From the NCBI RefSeq assembly GCF_000092105.1, contig NC_014148.1, forward strand, positions 2,310,001 through 2,342,000: a DNA stretch of 32,000 nucleotides, given 5' to 3'. The notes below the pieces were generated by a model. It was not told the origin of the DNA. It worked only from the letters and a program-made list of their open reading frames with translations, and did not search any database. A program made the position numbers and the translations under genes. Shown in pieces: positions 8,763 through 17,544 of the stretch (position 1 is the stretch's first letter; every line of letters begins with the position of its first letter). This stretch comes from Planctopirus limnophila DSM 3776. Lineage in GTDB: Bacteria; Planctomycetota; Planctomycetia; Planctomycetales; Planctomycetaceae.

Positions 8763-9092
8763 GTGGCCATGTTTTTTCGATTTGGGGTCGCAGTACTGAT
8801 TGTCGTAGCGATTTCGCTTTATGGAACCTCGCTGGAATCAGAAGTACTGTCTCTCAAAAGACAGATTATTCGCCAAAGCTACCGGATTGATGTCGCTCAA
8901 GAGCAACTGGTTCAGCTACGTCTGGAAGTGCATGCCGCGAGCTCTCCAGTCCATCTGTTGCCAAAACTCGAACGTGGCGAATTGATGGCGATCCGGCCCA
9001 GCTATGACGACGATTCGGGGAAAAAAAATGAACGGCCAAAACGTACTGTGGCGGATCTTTCCCGTCAGGAGAAAGCGCCGATCAGGCGATGA
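8763..9092 (+). CDS. FtsL-like small bitopic coiled-coil protein (start GTG 8763 or ATG 8769)
   Basis: 109 aa with an N-terminal TM helix (FRFGVAVLIVVAISLYG) followed by a heptad-like leucine-rich helix (LESEVLSLKRQIIRQSYRIDVAQEQLVQLRLEV). It lies directly upstream of the FtsI-type PBP, as ftsL does in dcw clusters. The call is by architecture and position only. Confidence 0.55.
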   Translation: MAMFFRFGVAVLIVVAISLYGTSLESEVLSLKRQIIRQSYRIDVAQEQLVQLRLEVHAASSPVHLLPKLERGELMAIRPSYDDDSGKKNERPKRTVADLSRQEKAPIRR

Positions 9093-9160
9093 GAACTCCG
9101 GGTTTCACTCCACCTCTCCAGTACTGATCGGATGAAGGGTCTCACGAAAGCAACCGTCCC

Positions 9161-11338
9161 ATGAGTTTCTCCTCGTTGATCGCTCGCATTAGGAACACCT
9201 GCCAGAATTGGCTGTTCCACGCGACCAATCGATGCAGCGAACTCAGGCCCTTCATTCGCCAGTTATCTGACCGCTGGTCACAATTACCACTCGTTCAAAC
9301 CCTGCGCCGGGCCATCATTCAGCGGTGGTTTCCCAAGTACGAAAACAGCGACTCGGAACCATCCTCTCAAACCCTCAGTTTGACAGGAACTCTTCAATCT
9401 CAACCAACGCCCTTTCACTGGGAATGGCTTAGTTTTCCCCAGAGATGCTGGAAGGTAAGCGGCCCAAAACTTGCGGGAACCCGATTCATTCTCACCGCTG
9501 GCTCCATGGCGAGATGGATCTGGAAAGGCTGCACATCGAGCCGCATGCGGCAAGCGATGGAACTCACCACTGAGCCGCTGACTTCCCCGAGGGATTCAGT
9601 CAACCCAGCCGCATCCTATCCGTGGCTCACTTCTCGTTCGATGGAGCAGCGGATGTTGATTGCCAGCGTGGGTGCTCTGGTCGTGAGTGTGGTTTTGGGC
9701 GGCCGGTTGATCCAGCTCCAGGTTCTTGAGCAGGATGATTTTTCACGAACAGCCTCGGGACAGCGAATCTTTCGACAAACAGTACCTGCCAGGCCAGGGG
9801 ATATTCTTGATTCTTCGGGGCGGATTCTTGCGACAACTGTCACCACACAAAGTTTTTTTCTGGTTCCCAGCCTGATTGATGAACCCGAGTCGTTCGCAAC
9901 AAAAGTCGCGAGTGTTCTCCAGCTCGATCCACAAAAGCTCTCTCAAAAAATCCAGAACTCGTCGAAGTCTCAGTTTCTCTGGATTAAACGACGGCTAGAC
10001 CCCAGCGAAGTCATATCGATCCGCGAATTGAAGTTACCTCGCGATCAATGGGGATTCCGCGAAGAATATCGCCGGGTCTATCCCCAGGGGCAGATCGCAG
10101 CTCATGTGCTGGGTTTACGGAACATCGACGGGCTAGGACAGGGCGGCATCGAAGAATCTCAGGAATCGATTCTGGCCGGTCAACCTGGTTACGAAACCTT
10201 ATTGAGAGATGCCCGGGGAAGAGTGCTTGAAATCGACCCGACCTCGACCTTACCGATGAGTCCGGGCGAATCTGTCACCCTCACGATTGATACTGTCATC
10301 CAGCTCCAGACCGAACGTGTTCTGGATGAGGTCATGACTCAGTGGCAACCCAGCAGTGTCTGCGCGATTGCCATGGATCCCCACACAGGCGAAATCCTGT
10401 CGATGGCTTCCCGACCCACTTTTGACCCCAATCAACCGGAGCTGGCCGGCAGTGATTCGTGGAAGAACCGGGCTATTGCCGATATCTACGAACCTGGATC
10501 GACGTTCAAACCTCTCATTGTGGCTTATGGCCTCGAAGCGGGTCTGATTCAAAAAGACCAGGTCTTCGACTGCGAGCGTGGTCAGTATCGGATGGGACGA
10601 CGAGTCTTGCATGATACCCATGCCTATGGCTCGTTGAGCCTGACAGATGTGCTCGTGAAATCCAGTAATATCGGCATGGCCAAAGTTGGTGAACTGCTGG
10701 GAAATGCAGAGCTTTTTGAGGCTGCACAACGTTTTGGAATTGGCCGCCGCACAGGCATTGAGTTAACCGGCGAATTACCAGGGCTGTTGCGACCGTTGTC
10801 TCAGTGGAACAGCTACTCGACAGGCTCCATTCCGATGGGTCATGAACTGGCAGCGACTCCTCTGCAGATGATCGCAGCCCATGCTGCGATCGCGAATGGT
10901 GGTGTCTGGCGGAGCCCGACAATCATCAAGGCCCCTCGCGAAAGTCGAACTCAGGTTTCTCAGCAGGTGATTTCCAGCGATGTCTCTCACTGGATGATCA
11001 GTGAACCACTGCGCGAAGTGGTGACTCGTGGGACTGGCAAAAAAGCTCAACTGGCAGATTACGAAGTGTTCGGCAAAACCGGTACAGCCCAGGTCTTATT
11101 GGCCTCTGGTGGCTATTCTCATGGCAAGTATGTGAGTTCCTTTATTTGCGGTGCACCCATCGACAAGCCTCGGGCGATTGTCCTCGTGGTCGTCAACGAA
11201 GCCAGTGTGGGTGGTGAAGCCTTTGGTGGCAAAGTGGCTGCTCCTGCTGCTGCAGAAATTCTGAAGCATACTTTAAGGCATCTGTCGAAAGATCTTCGCT
11301 GGGCGGCATCACCAGCGAAGGTCCATTCGACCAGATAA
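9161..11338 (+). CDS. ftsI: Class B penicillin-binding protein / peptidoglycan D,D-transpeptidase (FtsI-type); start uncertain (9161, 9545 or 9641)
   Basis: Catalytic motifs STFK (EPGSTFKPL), SSN (VKSSNIGMA) and KTG (FGKTGTAQV) are present, with a TM anchor MLIASVGALVVSVVLGG at aa 165-181 of the long ORF. The first ~130-160 aa are Trp/Cys/Arg-rich and may not be translated. Confidence 0.9.
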   Translation: MSFSSLIARIRNTCQNWLFHATNRCSELRPFIRQLSDRWSQLPLVQTLRRAIIQRWFPKYENSDSEPSSQTLSLTGTLQSQPTPFHWEWLSFPQRCWKVSGPKLAGTRFILTAGSMARWIWKGCTSSRMRQAMELTTEPLTSPRDSVNPAASYPWLTSRSMEQRMLIASVGALVVSVVLGGRLIQLQVLEQDDFSRTASGQRIFRQTVPARPGDILDSSGRILATTVTTQSFFLVPSLIDEPESFATKVASVLQLDPQKLSQKIQNSSKSQFLWIKRRLDPSEVISIRELKLPRDQWGFREEYRRVYPQGQIAAHVLGLRNIDGLGQGGIEESQESILAGQPGYETLLRDARGRVLEIDPTSTLPMSPGESVTLTIDTVIQLQTERVLDEVMTQWQPSSVCAIAMDPHTGEILSMASRPTFDPNQPELAGSDSWKNRAIADIYEPGSTFKPLIVAYGLEAGLIQKDQVFDCERGQYRMGRRVLHDTHAYGSLSLTDVLVKSSNIGMAKVGELLGNAELFEAAQRFGIGRRTGIELTGELPGLLRPLSQWNSYSTGSIPMGHELAATPLQMIAAHAAIANGGVWRSPTIIKAPRESRTQVSQQVISSDVSHWMISEPLREVVTRGTGKKAQLADYEVFGKTGTAQVLLASGGYSHGKYVSSFICGAPIDKPRAIVLVVVNEASVGGEAFGGKVAAPAAAEILKHTLRHLSKDLRWAASPAKVHSTR

Positions 11339-11344
11339 GAGCTT

Positions 11345-12691
11345 TCACGCAGGATTTCTGGGTGGGAAAGTCCATGTTCCCAAAGTCTGCCCATCCATCT
11401 GCAGGGCGGTCACCTGCAGTCGTTCGGATGTGGCTTCCCCGAGAATCACGGTGGCTAACGGTAGATTGGGTGAACCACCAATGAGCTGCGCCATCACCTG
11501 ACCACTCTCAGCCGGCATGAATCGATGCTTGTGAGTATGCCCACTGATCACCAGTTGGGCTTTGGCTTTCTCCAAATGCGGCAACCAGAACTTCTGCCCC
11601 TGCTCGCAGAATCGGGCGAACTCAAGTTGGCCTTCCACGGCATCCTTACGCCGATTCCCGAAGAGCGGGATATGACAATGAACCACCAGATAAGGCGCAC
11701 TCGCGATCTCTGGCTGAGTGAGCACTTTGGCCAGCCATGCCCCCTGAGCTTCACGATAAGGTTCGAATTGCGCTAAGCCTGCATACACAGGGTGACTGTC
11801 AGGTTTATCTTCACCAGTATCGAGACCAATTAAAGCCACTGGCCCGCATCGGAGTGAAAAACATCGCCCGAGGGGACTGTTATCGGGTCGCGAAAGCATG
11901 CATTCTTCCAACCGGCGGGCTAGCACACCTCGCACATCATGATTGCCACTCACGAACATCACAGGCCGGGTCGTCGCATAGGCTCGGCCCGCTGGCTGCA
12001 ACGTCTGATTGACCAACTGTTTCTCGGAGCGAACATCGTTGAAAATGTCCCCATTCCAAACCATCAGTTCGGCCTGCCGTTCTTCGACTTTACCGAGCGT
12101 GGCGCTCAAGGTCTGATCGACCTCGTGCGTATCGTTGATCACACACCAGCGGAAGCTTTTCGCATCTGGGTCGGGTAACCGAAACTCGTAGATCTCACTG
12201 TATTCTGTCTCTCCTCGAACGACCTTGTAAGCGTTCTGAAAATCAATGGGAGCAGCAGCGACCCGATAGTAGATCGTGGCGGCTGTAGGCAAACCTTCCA
12301 ACCGCGCAGAAAGCACGGGTGAATCCATTGAGTTGAGGCCATACCCTCCCGGTCTCACGACCTGGCCAAGCTCTTTCGTCGTCCCATACTCGACCCACCC
12401 GGTCGCATTCCCGGAGACTTGCCATACGACGCTCATTCCGTCAGCTGCCGGACACTGCAGAACGGGAGCACCCACAAGAATCCTGGCTGTTGATGTTGCA
12501 ATGGCATCGGCGTTCGATGGCGGTTGATTCTCAGCGGCATGAACTTCATTACCAGACGTTAATGCACCGGCATTGGCTAATCCCGTCGTCGCTATCGCAC
12601 CGATCGAAAGCCCTTCCAAAAATTCACGTCGATTTACACTTAAGCCGCTTGATGTCTGTGATTCAATAGAATCCATTTCGAAGTACCTCAT
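11345..12691 (-). CDS. Tat-exported calcineurin-like metallophosphoesterase (purple-acid-phosphatase-like)
   Basis: 448 aa with a twin-arginine signal NRREFLEGLSIGAIATTGLANAGA. Phosphoesterase motifs are NDTHE, WNGDIFND, VSGNHD and SGHTHKH. Confidence 0.8.
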   Translation of the reverse strand: MRYFEMDSIESQTSSGLSVNRREFLEGLSIGAIATTGLANAGALTSGNEVHAAENQPPSNADAIATSTARILVGAPVLQCPAADGMSVVWQVSGNATGWVEYGTTKELGQVVRPGGYGLNSMDSPVLSARLEGLPTAATIYYRVAAAPIDFQNAYKVVRGETEYSEIYEFRLPDPDAKSFRWCVINDTHEVDQTLSATLGKVEERQAELMVWNGDIFNDVRSEKQLVNQTLQPAGRAYATTRPVMFVSGNHDVRGVLARRLEECMLSRPDNSPLGRCFSLRCGPVALIGLDTGEDKPDSHPVYAGLAQFEPYREAQGAWLAKVLTQPEIASAPYLVVHCHIPLFGNRRKDAVEGQLEFARFCEQGQKFWLPHLEKAKAQLVISGHTHKHRFMPAESGQVMAQLIGGSPNLPLATVILGEATSERLQVTALQMDGQTLGTWTFPPRNPA

Positions 12692-13005
12692 CCGTATAGT
12701 TCATCAATTCGCTTGCTGAAATGCACAATCTATCATGACGGAACAATGAAGACGCGGTCAATTCCTGTGACCAGCCTCAGGAAAAGTCACTGAAAAAATG
12801 GGATCTTTCCTGTGGCAAGAACATGACGAAGGGCGTATTTGTGACAATCAATCACAGGGAAACAACTTTCAGAGAGACAATGGCCATGATCTCCGATAGG
12901 CAGTCAATGACGATCGAAAACGTGCAGAATTCAAATCGGGCCCAGAGATCTCATCGCGCTCACCGGCGGTCTCTGCTTTCCGTTCAAAGACACCGCACTG
13001 TCACC

Positions 13006-14157
13006 ATGCGTTCCGTCATAATGCGCCCCGGCCAAACGAGCTTTGGGCCATCAAACCTAATGCGGCTGGCTGCACTCTGTGTGCTCCTGAGTCTCTTTGC
13101 CTTCGCCGAACTCAATGTCGCCCATGCTGGCGAAGTCAAAACAATCTTTGGATCAGGCAAAGATGGATTCAATGGCGATCAGCAGCCATTCCTCGAAACT
13201 CACAGCGGCCAGCCGTTTGGACTCGTGATTGGGCCGGATGGTGCTTTGTATTTCTGTGAGTACACAGGTCACATCATTCGCCGCCTCGATCTGGAAAAGC
13301 AGACTGCGACAACCATTGCCGGGACTCCTGGCAAAAAAGGATTTGCCGGTGACGGCGGCCCGGCGACAAAAGCCTTGATGAACGAACCCCATGAACTCCG
13401 TTTTACTCCTGCCGGGGATATCGTCATTGCCGATATGCGCACGCATACCATCCGCAAGATTGATGGCAAAACGGGCATGATTTCCACACTGGCAGGCACA
13501 GGAACCGCCGGATTCAGTGGTGATGGCGGGCCAGCCGAAAAAGCTCAATTGAATATGCCACATTCCATTCAGATCGATCCGGCTGGCGATCTGTTGATCT
13601 GCGATACCGGGAACCACCGGGTTCGCAAAGTCGATATGAAAACGGGCCTGATCTCGACCGCTTACGGAACTGGCGAAAGGAAACCTGCCAAAGATGGTGA
13701 TCCGCAGGTGGGCACACCCCTCAATGGCCCGCGCAGTATCGACTTCACTCCCGAAGGAGACATGATTCTCGCGCTTCGCGAAGGGAACGCGGTCTATCGC
13801 TTTCCCAAAGGAGAAGCCAAACTCATCCACATTGCTGGTGTGGGTGGTAAGCCATCTTTAGTCGGTGACGGGATTGATGCCCGCAAAGCCATTCTCGGTG
13901 CCCCCAAGGGAGCGGCTGTCGATGCTAATGGCGACATTTATCTCGCCGATACCGAAACACACACGATTCGTGTGATTCGAGCGAAGACCGGCCTGATTGA
14001 AACTGTGATCGGTGATGGCAAAGCCGGTGATGGCCCGGACGGGGAGGCAAAGACCTGCCGCCTCAACCGGCCCCATGGCGTATTCATTACCAAGGAGGGC
14101 TTACTCCTGGTCGGAGACAGTTCCAACAATAAAGTCCGCGTTCTTCCGTTACGATAA
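13006..14157 (+). CDS. Secreted NHL-repeat six-bladed beta-propeller protein (track ORF begins at 12823; likely starts are ATG 13006, 13021 or 13060)
   Basis: The signal peptide MRLAALCVLLSLFAFAELNVAHA begins at nt 13060. There are six repeats of the type G(T/K)xGFSGDGGPAxxAxLNxPHxI. The upstream 61 codons (TINHRETTFRET...QRSHRAHRRS) do not look like protein. Confidence 0.8.
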   Translation: MRSVIMRPGQTSFGPSNLMRLAALCVLLSLFAFAELNVAHAGEVKTIFGSGKDGFNGDQQPFLETHSGQPFGLVIGPDGALYFCEYTGHIIRRLDLEKQTATTIAGTPGKKGFAGDGGPATKALMNEPHELRFTPAGDIVIADMRTHTIRKIDGKTGMISTLAGTGTAGFSGDGGPAEKAQLNMPHSIQIDPAGDLLICDTGNHRVRKVDMKTGLISTAYGTGERKPAKDGDPQVGTPLNGPRSIDFTPEGDMILALREGNAVYRFPKGEAKLIHIAGVGGKPSLVGDGIDARKAILGAPKGAAVDANGDIYLADTETHTIRVIRAKTGLIETVIGDGKAGDGPDGEAKTCRLNRPHGVFITKEGLLLVGDSSNNKVRVLPLR

Positions 14158-14197
14158 GCAGGCAGGGATGACTCTTCAGACCGGATACAACTTAGTT

Positions 14198-15292
14198 TTA
14201 CAGAATGAGCATGCAGTCGCCATAACTGAGGAAGCGATAGCGCTGCTCGACGGCCTCTTTGTAGGCCTGCATTGTCAGGTCGTAGCCTGCCATGGCACAA
14301 ACCAGCATCAAGAGTGTCGATTTGGGAACATGAAAGTTCGTCAGTAGAGCCTCGACTTGCAGAAACTCGCATGGCGGCCTGAGGAAAAGATTCGTTTCGC
14401 CCTGCCAAGGTAAACCCACGCCCACTTTTCTCGCAGCCGATTCCAAGGTTCGCGCCGAAGTTGTACCAATTGCCAGGACTCTCCCGCCCTCGGACTTTGT
14501 CGATCGAATTTTTTGTGCTACGTCTTCAGACAACTCGCAGGTTTCCGTATGCATCTGATGCTCAGCGATCCGCTCACTGCTGACGGGGCGGAATGTCCCC
14601 ATGCCCACATGCAGCGTGACTTCTGCAAATTTCGCCCCGGAAGCTGCACATCGATCTCTCAATGCGGGAGTAAAATGCAGTCCAGCAGTGGGTGCTGCGA
14701 CCGAGCCTTGCGGCCCGGAAAAAATCGTCTGATAGCGGACTCGATCTTCCGCCTCTTCGTCATCTCGATGAATGTAAGGTGGCAGAGGCATGCTTCCATA
14801 TTGCTCAAGCAGATCCCAGGTAGAAATTTCACTCTGAGGAGACGCTTTCCAGATGCCACCTTCTCCACGTTCAATCAACTGCAATTGAAGGTCGGAGTTC
14901 TGGCGACTTGCAGCATTTTCGATATGAGTCGCTGGAACAGGAATCGTGATCCACTCGCCAGCCACAAGCCGTCCGCGCGTCTGCCCAATGATCTGCCACT
15001 CTCCGGAGGTTGTGACTCCCAGAAAAAGTCCTTCCCATTTGCCGCCAGTGGAAGCTCTCACACCCTGTAATCGGGCAGGAACGACTTTGCTGTTGTTGAC
15101 CACAATCAGATCGTGGGGTTTAAGAAACAGCGGCAGCTCTTTAATGAACCGATGCTCGATCATGCCTGTCGAACGATGTATGACCAGCATGCGAGAGGCG
15201 TCTCGCTCGGGCAAAGGATGCTGTGCAATCAGTTCTGGAGGAAGTTCATAATCGTAAGTCGAAAGTGACTCAAAATCTGGGGAGGACGACAT
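14198..15292 (-). CDS. queA: S-adenosylmethionine:tRNA ribosyltransferase-isomerase
   Basis: The N-terminus after Met26 of the track ORF, MSSSPDFESLSTYDYELPPELIAQHP, aligns with the E. coli QueA start (FSFELPESLIAHYP). GGAG lies 5-8 nt upstream of ATG 15292. The C-terminus ends RFLSYGDCMLI. Confidence 0.93.
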   Translation of the reverse strand: MSSSPDFESLSTYDYELPPELIAQHPLPERDASRMLVIHRSTGMIEHRFIKELPLFLKPHDLIVVNNSKVVPARLQGVRASTGGKWEGLFLGVTTSGEWQIIGQTRGRLVAGEWITIPVPATHIENAASRQNSDLQLQLIERGEGGIWKASPQSEISTWDLLEQYGSMPLPPYIHRDDEEAEDRVRYQTIFSGPQGSVAAPTAGLHFTPALRDRCAASGAKFAEVTLHVGMGTFRPVSSERIAEHQMHTETCELSEDVAQKIRSTKSEGGRVLAIGTTSARTLESAARKVGVGLPWQGETNLFLRPPCEFLQVEALLTNFHVPKSTLLMLVCAMAGYDLTMQAYKEAVEQRYRFLSYGDCMLIL

Positions 15293-15456
15293 GCTTTCTC
15301 CGATAGACTGCGAGTGCCAGGCCTTGATTCGCACTCCTTGAATCATTGATGCTACATTGAAGTTCACAAGATGTCTGGCGAACAGAGCCCAGAGTTGATT
15401 TGGCAGGAAGAGAAATTCCTGAAAACGGCTAGAATCGACAGAAATCGAAAGACGTT

Positions 15457-16641
15457 TTGACGAATGCGGACTGCATGACCCACAGCCCTCGCCCTCGAAT
15501 TCTGATGATCATCACGGAACTTGACCGGGGTGGTGCCGAGCAACAGTTTGTGCAACTGGCCATTGGATTATTGCACAAAGGCTGGGAGGTGCGGGTGGTT
15601 TGCCTGGGGCCACGGGCCGAGCTTTGCGATCAACTCGAAGAGCAGGGAATTATTCCTCACTGTCTGGGTGCCAGGAGCGCCAGGTCAACGCTGTCGGTTC
15701 TCAAACAACTGGTTGAGAATATCCGCAGTTTTCAGCCCGAAATCATTCAGACATTTCTGTTTCATGCCAATATTCTGGGGCGTCTGGCGGCTTTCAGAGC
15801 AGGGCGATCAATCGTCGTTTGCGGTCTGCGCGTGGCAGAACGGCAAGCCCATTGGCATGGCTGGGTCGAATGGCTCACAGCTTCGCTGGTGACTCGCTGG
15901 GTTTGTGTCAGTGAAGGCGTTCGTCAGCACGCAGCAAAAAATTGGAAGCTCAACCAGACAAGGCTCGTCGTCATTCCCAATGGCATTGATATCGACCGCT
16001 GGAAAAACGCCATTCCTTTCACCAGAGCAGATCTCAACCTCCCGGTCGATGCCATCATGCTCTTTTCGGCGGGGAGGCTGGATCTGCAGAAGGGGATGGA
16101 CATATTGCTCGAGGCGTTTGGAAAAGTGGCCCCTGAATGGCCCAGGCTTCATCTGGTGATTGCCGGTGAAGGTCCGCTAAGAAAAGAGCTCGAACTTCAC
16201 AAAGGCACTCAAAGCCCAGCCAATGGTCGCGTCCATTTTCTGGGGCAGAGAAATGACATTCCTCGCCTGATGGCCAGTTGCGATCTTTTCGTGCTGGCAT
16301 CGCGCTGGGAGGGAATGCCCAATGCGCTGCTCGAAGCCATGGCCACCGGCAAGCCCTGTGTGGCCACCAACGTCGAAGGGAGCTCAGAACTCCTCGGGTA
16401 TGGCCAGCGAGGGGAAAATAGCCAGCGGGGCTGGCTGGTCCCCATCAATGATCCCGAGACTCTGGCTGCAGCCATCGATGAGGCGCTCAGCAGCGAAACT
16501 CGATCCACCGACCTCGCAAACTCGGCGCAAGTATTTATTGAAAAAAAGCTTACGACACAGGCGACGATTTCTGCCTACGATTTTTTGTACCGGCAATTGC
16601 TGCAAGTGAGCCCACCAGTACTCTCAACGTCGATCAACTGA
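15457..16641 (+). CDS. GT4-family (group 1) glycosyltransferase (alternative start ATG 15475)
   Basis: 394 aa. The N-terminus ILMIITELDRGGAEQQ is typical of GT4. The C-terminal domain carries the EX7E region SRWEGMPNALLEAMATGKPCVATNVEG. Confidence 0.88.
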   Translation: MTNADCMTHSPRPRILMIITELDRGGAEQQFVQLAIGLLHKGWEVRVVCLGPRAELCDQLEEQGIIPHCLGARSARSTLSVLKQLVENIRSFQPEIIQTFLFHANILGRLAAFRAGRSIVVCGLRVAERQAHWHGWVEWLTASLVTRWVCVSEGVRQHAAKNWKLNQTRLVVIPNGIDIDRWKNAIPFTRADLNLPVDAIMLFSAGRLDLQKGMDILLEAFGKVAPEWPRLHLVIAGEGPLRKELELHKGTQSPANGRVHFLGQRNDIPRLMASCDLFVLASRWEGMPNALLEAMATGKPCVATNVEGSSELLGYGQRGENSQRGWLVPINDPETLAAAIDEALSSETRSTDLANSAQVFIEKKLTTQATISAYDFLYRQLLQVSPPVLSTSIN

Positions 16642-16728
16642 AAAATTTTTCCACGACCGAATCGCTTTGTGGATAACGATCTACGGCGATGGGGAACGTC
16701 ATCAGCCCCTTCTGGCCACGAGCTGAAC

Positions 16729-16756
16729 TTGCACGATGGTGACGGATTGATATTCT
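16729..16756 (+). promoter_or_regulatory. Candidate sigma70-type promoter for mraZ (TTGCAC-16 nt-TATTCT)
   Basis: The -35-like TTGCAC is at 16729-16734 and the -10-like TATTCT at 16751-16756, immediately before the GTGGG repeat array. These are by-eye matches only. Confidence 0.3.
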
Positions 16757-16794
16757 GCGGGGACTTTGTGGGAGATTGTGGGGAGGAATGGGGA
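16757..16794 (+). promoter_or_regulatory. Four direct repeats (G/A)(C/T)GGG(G)A at 10-11-nt phasing: putative MraZ operator
   Basis: The boxes are GCGGGGA 16757-16763, GTGGGA 16768-16773, GTGGGGA 16778-16784 and ATGGGGA 16788-16794, lying 58-95 nt upstream of the mraZ ATG. An extra ATGGGGAA sits at 16689-16696. Confidence 0.6.
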
Positions 16795-16799
16795 AACGC

Positions 16800-16813
16800 A
16801 TCCCTTCTTGAAA
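16800..16813 (+). promoter_or_regulatory. ATCCCTTCTTGAAA motif (copy 2), 39 nt upstream of the mraZ ATG
   Basis: Exact 14-nt match to 6534-6547. TTGAAA (16808-16813) could be an alternative -35 element. Confidence 0.3.
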
Positions 16814-16851
16814 TCTCTCGACGTTGGCTTGTAACTAGCGACTGGGTCAAG

Positions 16852-17301
16852 ATGCCGCTGACGGGTACCTACCTGCGAATTCTCGACGAGAAGCAGCGTG
16901 TGGGCCTCCCCAAGCGACTACGCGAAGACTTGGGTTGCCTCGAATGTAACCATCTGTACATCGCCCCTGGGACTCAAAAATCACTGGTACTCTACTCTCC
17001 GGAAGGTTTCAATTGCCTGTCGGAAACATTAAGTTCCAGAGGCTTTCCCGGCGGTGATCAAACGTATTTGCGGTTGTTTTACTCTTCTGCGGAGAGGGTC
17101 GATTTAGATAATCAAGGACGATTCCGGATACCAGATCGCCTGTCAACCCACGCGTTGCTTGATAAAGAAATCTATCTGCTGGGCGTGAATGATCATGTCG
17201 AAATCTGGGATCGGGAACATTGGGATTTGTACACGAGAACGTATTCCCCACAGTTCGATCAGCTCTCCTCTCCGGGGAACTCCTGGCAGATTGTGGGCTG
17301 A
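16852..17301 (+). CDS. mraZ: Transcriptional regulator MraZ (track ORF 16669..17301 is over-extended)
   Basis: 149 aa from ATG 16852. It has two SpoVT/AbrB-like halves with the hallmark motifs LDEKQRVGLPKRLRE and LDNQGRFRIPDRL, plus LLGVNDHVEIWDREHW, collinear with E. coli MraZ (152 aa). Confidence 0.9.
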   Translation: MPLTGTYLRILDEKQRVGLPKRLREDLGCLECNHLYIAPGTQKSLVLYSPEGFNCLSETLSSRGFPGGDQTYLRLFYSSAERVDLDNQGRFRIPDRLSTHALLDKEIYLLGVNDHVEIWDREHWDLYTRTYSPQFDQLSSPGNSWQIVG

Positions 17302-17544
17302 ATGATGTGAATTCTTTGTTCAACAAGCCTGCTGGTTTGGAGAACAGGGGAGCTTTGAGTAAATTTTGTTGAGTTCTTCCCGCTGGCTTACCGGGCTTCG
17401 CGGAAATGCCTGACTGAGAACGGAATCTCAGCAGGGGCGTTCGCTGCAGAGGAGTTGAGTTTTCGACTCTAAGAAGTGAAAAGCTGCTGGCTGCAGAATG
17501 TGGCAAGATGTCACAGGCAGCTTGCAGACGCCAATAGAACAGAT

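Noticed and set aside
8753-8767. ATGGGA-N4-GTGGCC immediately upstream of, and overlapping, the ftsL-like start: a possible MraZ box pair
   Set aside because: There are only two boxes, the second is degenerate, and it overlaps the start codon. This is insufficient to call a site without binding data or conservation.
12823-13005. 5' extension of the NHL-protein ORF, and a CRP-like TGTGA-N7-TCACA inverted repeat at 12840-12856
   Set aside because: The extension has a non-protein-like composition and precedes a clean signal peptide. The inverted repeat has 7-nt rather than 6-nt spacing, only 5-bp arms and no flanking conservation, so it may well be chance.
15312-15336. GAGTGC-N13-GCACTC inverted repeat in the queA/glycosyltransferase divergent region, reminiscent of CIRCE half-sites
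   Set aside because: CIRCE is TTAGCACTC-N9-GAGTGCTAA. Here the arm order is reversed, the spacing is wrong and the flanking TTA/TAA are absent. Neither neighbouring gene is a heat-shock gene.
16669-16851. 61-codon N-terminal extension of the MraZ ORF in the track (MDNDLRRWGTSSAPSGHELNLHDGDGLIFCGDFVGDCGEEWGN...)
   Set aside because: MraZ homology begins exactly at Met62 (ATG 16852), which gives the canonical ~150-aa length. The extension is just the translated GGGGA repeat/promoter region.
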